Source: an uncultured delta proteobacterium | GTDB lineage: Bacteria; Desulfobacterota; WTBG01; CAIYCZ01 | Reading direction: 5' to 3' | NCBI GenBank assembly: GCA_963803975.1 | Contig: CAWDOY010000005.1 | Coordinates: forward strand, 42,500 to 106,499 | DNA: 64,000 nt | Part shown: in pieces, positions 41,091 through 51,779 of the stretch | How positions within the stretch are numbered: position 1 is the first letter of the stretch | Layout of the letters: the number at the start of each line of letters is the position of its first letter | Program-made: the position numbers and the translations under genes | Notes under the pieces: model-generated | What the model saw: the letters and a program-made list of their open reading frames with translations, nothing else | The model's database searches: none | What the model was told of the DNA's origin: nothing

Positions 41091-41198
41091 GGGATTGCCG
41101 TAAGAACAATTAATGTCTGCAGTTATTGAAGTGCTGCCGGCAGCTGAATGTGGTATAAAAACTGTGTTGTTTAAAATTTCAAATAACGAGGAGGGTCT

Positions 41199-41918
41199 AT
41201 GAGCGAGGACTATACATTTCCACCATACGCAGAAAAAGTGCAGGAGGCAATTAAAGGATTCGGCGGGACCGTCATGGAAGAGTACCGCGGTTATGATATC
41301 CGGCCCCTGTGGAACCAGAATGGCGAAGGCTACACCGGTTACAAATATCTCTATAAGGCGCCAAAGCTTGAGAAGATAGCGTTCGGCGTCGGCAGCTTCC
41401 GCGAGAAGCTCATGTCCTATGCGCTCATGATATGGCCCGATGATGATCACGCGCTGCCTGTCTATTCCAGCTACTGGGCTGAAAGCGCCAAGGGGAGCTT
41501 TTTTATCATCGACTTTTACCCTCTTGCCGACTGCATCCGTGATCTTCCCTACCTGGAAAAGTATCTCGCGCCGCTGGAGGATATCTATGGCCGGGGGCTT
41601 GAACAGTTCCCGCCGTCAAACGTGAGAAGTGAGAACTGGTTCCGGGCCGCCGCCTCACCCTATCTCATCACCACTGAGGCTGACGCAACAAAAGAAAACC
41701 AGGAGCGGCTCATGAGCCTGACCCTTGATTACCTCAAGGTCTATAGTGATCTCTGGAAAAATGAAGCACCCAGCCCTGCGGAGTACATGAAGGAATTGAA
41801 CGCCCGCAAAGAGGCCATCCGCAAAACTTTTGAGGCGCGCGATTCAATCGGCGACACGATGCTCACCAGGGCCATCGGCAAAGAGCTGGCACACCTGTCT
41901 CTGATTACCCAGTTTTAA
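41199..41918 (+). CDS. Ferredoxin-dependent bilin reductase / RCC reductase-like protein
   Basis: 239 aa; IWP.....LP.Y......K....IDFYPL, SPY and C-terminal D.....ML...IG.E.A resemble conserved FDBR blocks; RBS GAGGAGG. Confidence 0.55.
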   Translation: MSEDYTFPPYAEKVQEAIKGFGGTVMEEYRGYDIRPLWNQNGEGYTGYKYLYKAPKLEKIAFGVGSFREKLMSYALMIWPDDDHALPVYSSYWAESAKGSFFIIDFYPLADCIRDLPYLEKYLAPLEDIYGRGLEQFPPSNVRSENWFRAAASPYLITTEADATKENQERLMSLTLDYLKVYSDLWKNEAPSPAEYMKELNARKEAIRKTFEARDSIGDTMLTRAIGKELAHLSLITQF

Positions 41919-41982
41919 AATAATATAAGGGCCAGGCTGCTTTTTGTTTACAAATCAGCTGCCGGTCCCCTTTTGCGTTTCT

Positions 41983-42345
41983 ATGGCAACAAATAGCAGG
42001 GATCACGGGATTGTCTACTCAACCGGGCACGGAAAGATGTGCCCTGCCTGCGGTAAGCCCGAAGCACAATGCGTATGCTGCAGAAACAGCGCATCTCCAC
42101 CGGGCGACGGGATCGTGCGCGTGGGACGGGTAACCAAGGGATGCAGGGGGAAAGGTTTGACCGTGATCACCGGCATTCCCCTGGACCATGACGGGCTGAT
42201 AAACCTGGCACGGCAGCTTAAACAAAAGTGCGGCGCCGGCGGCACGGTAAAAGACGGTGTCGTAGAAATTCAGGGCGATCACCGGGACCTGCTGGTGGAA
42301 GAGCTGAAAAAACGGGGGTATGCGGTAAAACGCTCTGGTGGTTAA
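41983..42345 (+). CDS. yciH: Translation initiation factor Sui1/YciH
   Basis: IVYST..G..CP.C, KG..GKG.TVI.G, LKQKCGAGGTVKDG.VEIQGDHR. Confidence 0.92.
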   Translation: MATNSRDHGIVYSTGHGKMCPACGKPEAQCVCCRNSASPPGDGIVRVGRVTKGCRGKGLTVITGIPLDHDGLINLARQLKQKCGAGGTVKDGVVEIQGDHRDLLVEELKKRGYAVKRSGG

Positions 42346-42383
42346 GGACTGCCGCGCGCACTGTCAGCAGCTGGATAAATTTT

Positions 42384-43022
42384 ATGAAAGAAAAAGCATT
42401 AGCTCAATTTTTTTACAAATACGCCATGGCCTATGAGGCACTGAACCATATCGTCCATTTCCCCGACCTGAAGAAGAAGCGGATGGACAAGCTGCAGGTT
42501 GGGCCGGATGATGGCAGGGTTTTAGAGCTGGGGTGCGGCACCGGCGTGAGCTCAAAAATATTTAACGAGAAAAATGTCATATCCGTTCATTTGGACATTA
42601 ACGAAAGATTTGTCCGGTATGGCAAAAAGAAAAAGCGGTTTATCAATGGTGTTGTGGGAACTGCATACAATTTATGCTTTCCCGACCGGACCTTTGATAA
42701 AATCATCTTTGCAGATGCCTTTCACCATGTGCTGGATCATGAGCGGCTGTTTCAGGAATGCAACCGGGTGCTGAAGCCGGGGGGGACCTTTATTGTGTTC
42801 GATATCGTCCATAAAATATCAGCACCAAACGTCATCATAAATCATTTTGCAGACGGAATGATCTGGATTCTTGACCGGCGTGCTTTTGAAAGCCGTGTTG
42901 CACGTCTTGCAGCGCAAAACGATTTTGTCAAATGTGATTTTTCCTGGACGCAGGAAAAGACGCTGGTAGGTATTGTTTTTAAAGGGATTGATATCCAGGC
43001 AAAAATGATAAAGGCAGGGTGA
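42384..43022 (+). CDS. Class I SAM-dependent methyltransferase
   Basis: VLELGCGTG, LDIN, FPDRTFD, RVLKPGG. Confidence 0.85.
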   Translation: MKEKALAQFFYKYAMAYEALNHIVHFPDLKKKRMDKLQVGPDDGRVLELGCGTGVSSKIFNEKNVISVHLDINERFVRYGKKKKRFINGVVGTAYNLCFPDRTFDKIIFADAFHHVLDHERLFQECNRVLKPGGTFIVFDIVHKISAPNVIINHFADGMIWILDRRAFESRVARLAAQNDFVKCDFSWTQEKTLVGIVFKGIDIQAKMIKAG

Positions 43023-43098
43023 GAGCTGCTGCTGACGCCGCGGCGGAAAACTCAGGGCTGCCTTACTTATGTAATAACACGCGTCACGGGAACAGCGC

Positions 43099-44733
43099 TC
43101 ATGCGGCCCGGCAATCCCGGCCGGTTTTGGTCAGGTAATATTCGTATCCGCCGTCATAGGTAAGCATTTCACCGTGGTCGATCTCAAAGACGCGCCCCGC
43201 CAGCGAGCGGAGGAAATACCGGTCGTGGCTCACCAGCACCACCGTGCCGGTGAACTTCTGCAGCGCTGCAAGCAGTATCTGCCGGGACTGGAAGTCGAGG
43301 TGGTTGGTCGGCTCGTCAAGAATCAGGAAGTTAATGGGCCGGGCAAGAAGCGTGGCCAGCAGCAGCCGGCTCTTCTCTCCGCCGGAGAGGCTCATAACCT
43401 TCTTCTCAACAGCATCGCCCTGGAAGAGAAAGGCAGCGCAGAGGTTGCGCACCACGCCGATGTTTTCCCGGGGAATGACATCCTGCACTGTATCGAAAAC
43501 GGTCTTTCCCGGATCAAGGAGATCCATGACGTGCTGGCTGAAGTAGCCGGGGAAGACGTTGGCACCAAGGCTGACAATGCCGGCTGTGGGCCCGGTCTGG
43601 CCTGCCAGAACTTTAAGGAAGGTTGACTTGCCGGCACCGTTCACGCCGACCACGGCGATCTTCTCCTGCCTCCTGATCACCCCGGAAACACCGCCGAAGA
43701 CCGACTTCCGGCCGCCGTCCGGCAAAGGCCAGGTCTTGCCGACCCCCGCCATGCGCACCACGTCATCTCCCGAGCGCGGCGGCTCAGGAAATGCAAACCT
43801 GATTATCTTCTGTTCCGGCGGCAGTTCGATGCGCTCAATTTTATCGATCTTTTTCACCCGGGACTGCACCTGCGAGGCATGCGAGGCGCGGGCCGCGAAG
43901 CGGGCGATAAACTCCTCCTCCTTGGCCAGCATCTCCTGCTGGCGGCGATAGCTGGCCAGAAGCTGCTCGCGGCGGACCTCCCGTTCGCGCAGGTAGAAGT
44001 CGTAGTTGCCGCTGTAGGTGGTCACCGCACCGTTCCCCACCTCTATGATACGGGTGACGATGCGGTTCATGAAATCATGATCATGGCAGGTCATGAGAAG
44101 CGCGCCCTTGAACTCGCCTGCGAGCCAGTCTTCCAGCCAGATGATCGACTCAAGGTCGAGATGGTTGGTGGGCTCATCAAGCAGCAGCACGTCGGGATTG
44201 ATGGTCAATATCTTTGCGAGGGCGATGCGCATCTTCCAGCCGCCGCTGAAGGACTCCACCGGGCGGTGGAAGTCATCCGGCCCGATGCCGAGCCCGGTCA
44301 ATACTGCCTGGGCGCGGGCTTCCAGGTCGTAGCCGCCGCGATGTTCAAACTGCTCCATGGCATTTCCATAGCGCTCAAGCAGCTCAGCCATCTCAAGCTC
44401 TGCCATCGGATGCGCCATGGCAGATTCCATTTCCCGTATCTCTTCGCCCAGGCGCATCACATCGCCGGCCGCTGACATCACCTCCTGCAGTGCCGAGCGT
44501 CCCGCCATATCACCGACTTCCTGGGAGAAGTAGCCGATGCTGGTATTTCTGGCGCAGGAGATCTCGCCGCTGTCTGCTTCTTCCTCACCCATGATCAGGC
44601 GGAAGATGGTGGTCTTACCGGCGCCGTTAGCGCCGACCAGGCCGGTGCGGGTGCCGGGCAGTATCTGCAGGCTCGCGTTGCGGAAAAGGATTTGAGACCC
44701 GTGCTGCCGGGTTATGCTGGTCAAATGAATCAT
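43099..44733 (-). CDS. ABC-F family ATPase
   Basis: Two ABC domains (GANGAGKT, FSGGW, LLDEPTNHLD; GVNGAGKST, LSGGE) and no TM segments. Confidence 0.93.
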   Translation of the reverse strand: MIHLTSITRQHGSQILFRNASLQILPGTRTGLVGANGAGKTTIFRLIMGEEEADSGEISCARNTSIGYFSQEVGDMAGRSALQEVMSAAGDVMRLGEEIREMESAMAHPMAELEMAELLERYGNAMEQFEHRGGYDLEARAQAVLTGLGIGPDDFHRPVESFSGGWKMRIALAKILTINPDVLLLDEPTNHLDLESIIWLEDWLAGEFKGALLMTCHDHDFMNRIVTRIIEVGNGAVTTYSGNYDFYLREREVRREQLLASYRRQQEMLAKEEEFIARFAARASHASQVQSRVKKIDKIERIELPPEQKIIRFAFPEPPRSGDDVVRMAGVGKTWPLPDGGRKSVFGGVSGVIRRQEKIAVVGVNGAGKSTFLKVLAGQTGPTAGIVSLGANVFPGYFSQHVMDLLDPGKTVFDTVQDVIPRENIGVVRNLCAAFLFQGDAVEKKVMSLSGGEKSRLLLATLLARPINFLILDEPTNHLDFQSRQILLAALQKFTGTVVLVSHDRYFLRSLAGRVFEIDHGEMLTYDGGYEYYLTKTGRDCRAA

Positions 44734-44997
44734 GGTTATAGCTCCAAAAAGTGTGCGATAGTAGCATGGAGACGCCTGCGGAGCAAGTCTCTTTTAACAG
44801 TCTCTTTTAAACAGACTGTTCAAAAAAACAGTTGCAAGAAGACTGCAAAGGTCGGTAGAATGTTTAGCACCGGGGAGGCCGAAAAAGAGCGGCAAATAAA
44901 GGCGCTGTCGCCTTTACCCTTCGAAAATACGATTGTTTTTATCTTTTCAACTTTTTACTTGACAGGAGTAATATAGGATGTCCCCTTTAACCTGCTA

Positions 44998-45252
44998 ATG
45001 AAGCAGGGTGGCGAGTCACGGATGAGCGGGCAGACGGCTATTGGTGGAATCCAATGGGAGATGCTGGGGCCTTATTTAAATAAATAGAGCGGTGACCATA
45101 TTGTCGATCCTGAGCTTGTTCAGGGTATTTTCTTCTCGAATCAAAAGATAACAACAGCCGCACCCCAGGGCATTGATATTGCCCCGAGCGTGCTGAGCGC
45201 CAAGGGAATCATTCTTCCCGAGGATTTGAAAGGGCGGTCACTTAGATTATAA
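44998..45252 (+). pseudogene. C-terminal remnant of an alkaline-phosphatase-superfamily phosphodiesterase
   Basis: Frame reads RMSGQTAIGG...NK*SGDHIVDPELVQGIFFSN...IDIAPSVL...G..LPEDLKGRSL; in-frame TAG at 45085 where I recall Trp in a W-SGDH motif; no N-terminal part. Confidence 0.6.
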
Positions 45253-45826
45253 TGGTCAGCACATTTCTTTTCTGCCTGGCCGCAGGACTGGAATCAGAAG
45301 CCAGTAAACAGCATATCCAATCAGGGAGATAGTATGGACAGTAACAGTGTATCACCGGAGCAGAACGCTGCAAAAATATATTGTCCTGTTTTCTTAGGCA
45401 TCTCTTTGGGCTCAATGGTAACGCTCGGCAGAGAGGCCAACCTCACCAGATTTTTTCTGCCCGTCTGGCACTATTCCGTACAATCTGACGCTATATTCTG
45501 GACGGCAGCTGCAATCTATGCTGCGGGATTTACTTTATTATAATGGCATGCAAACCCCTGCCAGCACGGAATATATAATGCAACGGGGGTGTTGAAAAAA
45601 TTGCCAAGACGTTTCGCCGTTTTTCCCGTTGTCTTGCAAGACCTATTTTGCTATTTTAAATTAAGCTAACTATAAAAGAAATTAAGGGTTACGATTTGAG
45701 AAAAATACGCCTGGAGAAACTTTTACACAGGCTCTTAAATCAGCAGGTTGTACATACCACACATAATGCCACTTTAAACCGATAGAATCTTTTTTATTAA
45801 TCCAGATTCTTAACGGAGAAAACAGA

Positions 45827-47019
45827 TTGAGTTCAATAAAAAAGAAACCGCGCCATAAAAGCCTTCATAATTATAGCTCTCGTCGCGAGCTTCTTATTTG
45901 CGGAAATTTATCTGCAACAAAAAGAAAACAAAGTAGAAAGTTCAGGAGATCAGTTAACCTTTTGTACTCATACTGGTGCAAAAATTACAAAGGGCAGTGG
46001 TCTCAAACTGGCGACTGCTCCTTTTACTATTTTTAAAAACTTGCCAAATCAAAAACTTAGCAATTGTTCCATAAATTCTTTGGGGTTTAGGGGTGGGGAG
46101 ATATCAACGGAACGCAATCAGCGGAAAAGAATAATTGTGGTTGGTGGTTCTTGTGCCTTCGGGCATTCGTTGAACAAATGATAATGAAACGCTTGGCAGC
46201 ACTTTTAGAAAAGCAAAATAATAGTTACGAGGTTATAAATGCTGCAGTCAATGGATTCCATTCTGGAGAAGAATTAGCTTACATCGTAACTGAACTGGTG
46301 GATTATCATCCGGATGTAATTATTGCCTTTGATGGATGGAATGATCTGTTTTTTTCATGGTATTATTCCCTTTGGTTTGGGCGTCCCCGAGAAAAAGGAG
46401 AATTAGGATTTAATAGCACTGTTTTTATGAATATAATTGAATCCCCGCTCGTTGCTAATTACCAAACACAGACAGGGGTGTTTTATAGCTTTAGACGTTT
46501 TTTTAATACACTGATACACAAAAGTTTTATTATGTCATGGCTCCAGGATAATCTTATGGCCATTATAAAAAAACCAGCAAAGAATCTGTCGGTTGAACCA
46601 GCACAGAGAAATAATTATTTAAATGAAATTATTGATACGTATACAAGCAACATAAAAAAAATGCATTTGTTCTGCAATAGCCTGGGAATAAAATTTTTAG
46701 TCGCGTTCCAACCTGAGTTAGGATCTAAGTCAAATCTGAGCGCAGATGAGCGTGCCATACTTTCTAATGGATCATTTACTGCGGGGTGGGGAATTAGTAA
46801 CTATTCAAAAGAATTTTCCTTCGTTATATAGGCAGTTTATTGAACTGTCAAAAACAATACTGCAGGAACAATGGAATTGATTATATTGATATAAATATGG
46901 ATCCGAAATTCAAAAATAGCAGCAACACGGTGTTCTCTGATGTTGTTCATACCAATAAAGATGGGAATGAAATAATTGCTCAAATCTTATATGAGCGTTT
47001 AAAGAACAGTTTTAATTAG
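45827..47019 (+). CDS. Membrane-anchored SGNH/GDSL hydrolase-like protein; several frameshifts
   Basis: INSLGFRG, VVGGSCAFG (block I), EVINAAVNG, FDGWND and C-terminal DVVH spread across shifted frames. Confidence 0.75.
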
Positions 47020-47179
47020 AAATAACTGAAACACAATGAAACCTTAGTCATAAGAATGAGTGTTTCTCTAATAAAATAAAAAAGCTGGTGCTCATATCGT
47101 TTTATTAGGTGATATAACGCTGGATAAAAATAATTAGTCTAAAGGCATCACATGTACAATGTTGGCGAGGTAGTATGGC

Positions 47180-48190
47180 ATGGTTAAAGTAGGAGTTATC
47201 GGATGCGGATATTGGGGGCCAAATTTGATCAGAAACTTTGTCATGTGCCCGGAAACCGAACTTATCTGGGCATGCGACAAAGATGCCAAACGCATGGAAA
47301 AGGCAACAAGACCCTATCCAGGCGTTAAAGGAACTGCTGACATTAATGACATTTTATCGGATAAAAATATCACTGCTGTTGCCATTGCAACGCCGGTGAA
47401 TACGCACTTCTCTATTGCTAAGGCCTGCTTAGAACATGGGAAACACGTGCTTATTGAAAAACCACTGGCAGCGAGTATTGAAGAAGGTGAGAAACTAGTT
47501 CGACTTGCCAGAGAAAAAGGCTTGCAATTGATGTGCGATCACACCTTTTGCTACACCGGCGCAGTCCGCAAGATGAAAGAGATTATTACTTCCGGAGCGC
47601 TGGGAGAGATTTTGTACTTTGACTCGATACGGATAAACCTGGGATTGTTTCAGCAGGATATTAATGTCATATGGGACCTTGCTCCCCATGACCTTTCGAT
47701 TCTTGATTTTCTCATAGATAAAAAGCCTGTTTCAGTCAGCGCTCATGGTGTTTGTCATGCAGGAAACAATATAGAAAACATCGCGTACGTTACACTGCGA
47801 TATGACAATTCTTTCATAGCCCATTTCCACCTCAACTGGCTCTCCCCAGTCAAAATAAGAAAAACAATTGTTGGCGGCAGGGAGAAAATGATGGTATGGG
47901 ATGATTTAGAACCTGGCGAAACAATAAAAATTTATGACAAAGGCATCATAGTAAAAAAGGGGGAAGTTGAGAAACGGAATAGCCTGCTTGTATCCTACCG
48001 GTCTGCAGACATGTATGCCCCTCGGGTTGATGATACTGAAGCTTTGTCTGTAATTGTAATGGAATTTGCTAATTGTATTGCACAGAATAAACCTACGCTT
48101 ACAGATGGTGAAGCAGGCCTGCGCGTGCTTAAAATTTTAGAAGCTGCTGAAAGGTCTGTTAAGGCTGATGGCAACAGCGTCCGCCTATAG
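47180..48190 (+). CDS. Gfo/Idh/MocA-family oxidoreductase (NDP-sugar dehydrogenase-like)
   Basis: GCGYWG, IATP, HVLIEKP, WDLAPHD. Confidence 0.92.
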   Translation: MVKVGVIGCGYWGPNLIRNFVMCPETELIWACDKDAKRMEKATRPYPGVKGTADINDILSDKNITAVAIATPVNTHFSIAKACLEHGKHVLIEKPLAASIEEGEKLVRLAREKGLQLMCDHTFCYTGAVRKMKEIITSGALGEILYFDSIRINLGLFQQDINVIWDLAPHDLSILDFLIDKKPVSVSAHGVCHAGNNIENIAYVTLRYDNSFIAHFHLNWLSPVKIRKTIVGGREKMMVWDDLEPGETIKIYDKGIIVKKGEVEKRNSLLVSYRSADMYAPRVDDTEALSVIVMEFANCIAQNKPTLTDGEAGLRVLKILEAAERSVKADGNSVRL

Positions 48191-48276
48191 GTCATCAAGG
48201 CAACGGATTAATTTATCCGGTATGCTCCTAAAAGAACATGATTTAAAATTTCACATAATCGTGATGCGGAGGAAAA

Positions 48277-49287
48277 ATGAAAATTGACGGGCTGCATTGT
48301 CTGGTAACTGGTGGCGCTGGCACCCTGGGCTCCAATCTGGTGGATGAACTCATGTTGAAAGGCTGCAGGGTCAGAGTGCTGGACAATCTTGCAAATGGCA
48401 AGCTTGAAAATTTAGCGCACCACCTGACCAATAAGAATTTTCAGTTTTATCGCGGAACCGTTACTGACCCGTTTGATGTCAAGCGTGTTATGGAGGGAAT
48501 CGATGTGGTCTTTCACTTAGCATGCCTGGGGGTCCGGCATTCAATTATTCATCCGTTTGAAAATCATCGGGTAAATGCAGAGGGAACACTTTTTGTGCTG
48601 GATGCTGCCTATCACGCACAGGTAAAGCGATTGGTGTACTGTTCAACATCCGAGGTTTACGGAACAGCACAATTTGTCCCGGTAACAGAAAACCACCCAA
48701 CATTTCCCTGCACCGTTTACGGAGCAAGCAAGCTCGCCGGAGAAGCTTATGCACGGGTCTGCCATAGGCTCTATGGTATGCCCACAGTCATCCTGCGGCC
48801 CTTTAACATCTATGGGCCACGATCGCACCATGAAGGTGATGCCGGCGAATTCATTCCAAAATCAATTGTCCGCGCCTTGAACGGTGAACCTATCATAATA
48901 TTTGGTGACGGCACTCAAACTCGTGATTTTACCTATGTGAAGGATACGGTCAGGGCATTTCTCATTGCTGCCGAGAGTGACGACATGATCGGACAAACAT
49001 TAAATGTTGGCAGTAACTTCGAAATTTCAATAAACGAACTTGCACGAAAAATTGCAGCAATGGTTTCAAAACCGTCCACAGCTGTTATTCATACTCCCGA
49101 GCGGCCGGGCGATGTCCTCCGCCTTCACTCGGATTATCAAAAATTTAACCAGCTCTGCGGGTGGAAGCCCATGGTAGATATTGAAACAGGTCTTACCCTC
49201 ACCATTGAGCATTTTCGTAATCATCCCTTGGGGGCAGAGGGACTTTTAACAGGCGAAGCGGGACGAAACTGGGAGATCAAATTCTAA
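48277..49287 (+). CDS. NAD-dependent epimerase/dehydratase
   Basis: TGGAGTLG, STSEVYG, YGASK, FN.YGP, GDGTQTRDF. Confidence 0.92.
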   Translation: MKIDGLHCLVTGGAGTLGSNLVDELMLKGCRVRVLDNLANGKLENLAHHLTNKNFQFYRGTVTDPFDVKRVMEGIDVVFHLACLGVRHSIIHPFENHRVNAEGTLFVLDAAYHAQVKRLVYCSTSEVYGTAQFVPVTENHPTFPCTVYGASKLAGEAYARVCHRLYGMPTVILRPFNIYGPRSHHEGDAGEFIPKSIVRALNGEPIIIFGDGTQTRDFTYVKDTVRAFLIAAESDDMIGQTLNVGSNFEISINELARKIAAMVSKPSTAVIHTPERPGDVLRLHSDYQKFNQLCGWKPMVDIETGLTLTIEHFRNHPLGAEGLLTGEAGRNWEIKF

Positions 49288-50559
49288 TGATTCCCTTTGC
49301 TCGACCTGTTCTGGGTGAAAATGAGGCTGCAGCAGCTCGCGCGGTTATATTTTCAGGATGGGTGACCCAGGGGCCAAAAGTCAGAGCTTTTGAAGAAATG
49401 TTTGCGAAACAGGTTGGCGCCCACTTGTGCCTGTGCGGTTTCAAGCTGTACAACTGCCCTCCATCTGGCGCTTCTGGCAGTAGGGGTAAAACCAGGTGAT
49501 GTGGTTATAACCGTGAGTCACAGTTTTGTCGCTACCGCCAATTCAGTTCGCTGCTGTGGCGCGGAACCGGTGTTTGTTGACATTGATGCGGAAACATACA
49601 ATATTGACCCTGAGGAACTGATAAAGGTATTGCGTGAGGACTGTACTGAGATAAAGGGCGAGCTATACTATAAAAAGGTGGAACGCATAGCGGTCGGAGA
49701 ATCGCCGCTTAAGAATATGTATCAGAGAGCTGACAAGGCAGATCGACTGGGCCGGATAGCTGCTATTATGCCTGTTCACCAGATGGGATTCCCCTGTGAT
49801 ATCTCCCGGATAGTTGATATTGCGCAGCAGAACCGACTGCCTGTTGTTGAAGATGCCGCATGCGCTATCGGCAGCGCAGTGTCACTGGATGCTGGAAAGA
49901 CATGGGAAAAAATCGGGAAGCCGCAGGGGGATATAGCCTGCTTCAGCTTTCATCCCCGCAAAATTCTTACCACCGGTGATGGAGGAATGATCACCACCAA
50001 CAAACCAGCACTGGATGCCCAATGCAGGTTATTAAGACAGCATGGGATGAGTGTCCCTGATATGGTACGGCACGAATCAGATAAAGTCATTTTTGAAAAT
50101 TATGTGACGACCGGATTTAACTATCGGATGACTGACATACAGGCTGCGGTTGGAATTGAACAACTCAAGCGGCTGGATGCCATGGTATCTGAGCGGCGTG
50201 AACTGGCTGCCAAATATGAAGAGCTGTTACACGATACACCGCATCTGAAAGTTCTCAGGCCAGCAGATACGGTTCTTCCAAACTGGCAAAGCTATCCTAT
50301 AAAACTACTTGGCGGGATTTCTCTCAACCAGCAAGAAATAATGCAGCGTCTCCTTGACAAGGGCATTTCTACCCGACGGGGCGTCATGAATGCACACCAG
50401 GAGCCCGCCTATCAGGCAGCCGGCTGGTCACTTCCCAAAAGCGAGCGCTGCCGTGACCAAACAATTTTACTGCCTTTGTTTAACGGCATCGGCATTGAAA
50501 ACCTGCAATATGTGGCAACTACTCTTAAAGAGATCATAATTTCGACTACAGACCATTAA
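49287..50559 (+). CDS. DegT/DnrJ/EryC1/StrS sugar aminotransferase; frameshift near 49420
   Basis: SGWVTQGPKV..FE (first ORF), SSCTTALHLAL, EDAACAIG, SFHPRK (PLP Lys), GFNYRMTD. Confidence 0.92.
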
Positions 50560-50702
50560 TCTCGGACTTCAGACCATAGTTTAGACGTCAGACTGACGTG
50601 GGATGAGATAGTGCTTTTGCTATATAGAACCGGCTGTTGTTTAAACTGTAAACCCCTAGTGCTGGGCTGCATAAAACCGATGACTCACATGTGTACAGCG
50701 CC

Positions 50703-51779
50703 ATGATAATCAGGGATAAGAACCCTATCACGGTCGAGCGTATTCATCCTGATCGCTTCAGCATTATTGAAGAAGCCATTAAGAACACTGACACGCCTGC
50801 TTTACTCGGGTATCATACACCGGCTTACATGAACGCTCTAACCGAAGTTTTACATGACAACCCGCTGTATCTTGTAGCATTCTTTGAAGAAAAAGTTGCC
50901 GGTTTTTTACCGCTCCGCTGGTGTCGTGGAATGCTGGGTGTTGTGATAAATGGACTTCCCTTTTTTGGTCCTAATGGCGGGCCGGTTTTAACAACCGTTG
51001 GGTTTATGCATGCTGAGAGAACTGTCAATGCTTTATGTAATGCCCTGCAGGAACTGGTTAATGATTTAGACGCCATTTCTGTTGCTTTGTATACACCATT
51101 TCTTTATGATCCAACAATCCTTCAAGCGGAGTTCAAACCAGACAGGGTCATTGAACGTTTTACACAATATCTTGAAATACCGGATTCGCCCATAAAATGG
51201 CCAACGAGAAGCAGGCGTGCGGTGACCAGAGCTCAAAAGAAGGATTGTCTTGTCCGTTCTGGAACTGTCGGGGATGTAAAAGAGCTTCTGGAAATATATA
51301 AAGAAAATTGCACGGCTGCTCATATTCCCTTGAAGCCAGACGAATATTTTTTTCAGATAGTCAACAACCTGTGCACAACCGGCATAGCTCGCTTTACTGT
51401 GGCAGAATGTGACGACAGCGTTGTTGCCTGCTTAATAACTATTCAATGCGCAAAAACAGTAAGTTATAATGTCCCCTGCTCCAGGATAAAGGACCGAACA
51501 ATACAGGCAAACTCAATGCTGATAGATGAGGCTGTTCATCACGCCCAGAAACTGGGGTACAAGTATTGGAACTGGGAAGCATCTCCAAGCAGAGAGCACC
51601 CGGTGTATGAGTTTAAGCGAAACTGGGGGGCCCTTGAGGCACCCTATTATATTTTGCTCCAATATCCTAAAGGATTAAAATCATTTGAAAACGTCACTGC
51701 TCAAGAGATAGCATTTTCCTATCCTTATTACTTTGTTATCCCGTTTGATGATTTTGAGAGGAAGAATGCCACACAATAA
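50703..51779 (+). CDS. GNAT/FemAB-like acyltransferase
   Basis: LPFFGPNGG, RRAVTRAQK, YEFKRNWGA; within the sugar operon. Confidence 0.75.
   Translation: MIIRDKNPITVERIHPDRFSIIEEAIKNTDTPALLGYHTPAYMNALTEVLHDNPLYLVAFFEEKVAGFLPLRWCRGMLGVVINGLPFFGPNGGPVLTTVGFMHAERTVNALCNALQELVNDLDAISVALYTPFLYDPTILQAEFKPDRVIERFTQYLEIPDSPIKWPTRSRRAVTRAQKKDCLVRSGTVGDVKELLEIYKENCTAAHIPLKPDEYFFQIVNNLCTTGIARFTVAECDDSVVACLITIQCAKTVSYNVPCSRIKDRTIQANSMLIDEAVHHAQKLGYKYWNWEASPSREHPVYEFKRNWGALEAPYYILLQYPKGLKSFENVTAQEIAFSYPYYFVIPFDDFERKNATQ

Noticed and set aside
44958..44985. Possible end of another GGGGAC-type element (TTGACA...GATGTCCCC)
   Set aside because: Only about 5 bp match the RAYT TIR and no partner end was found
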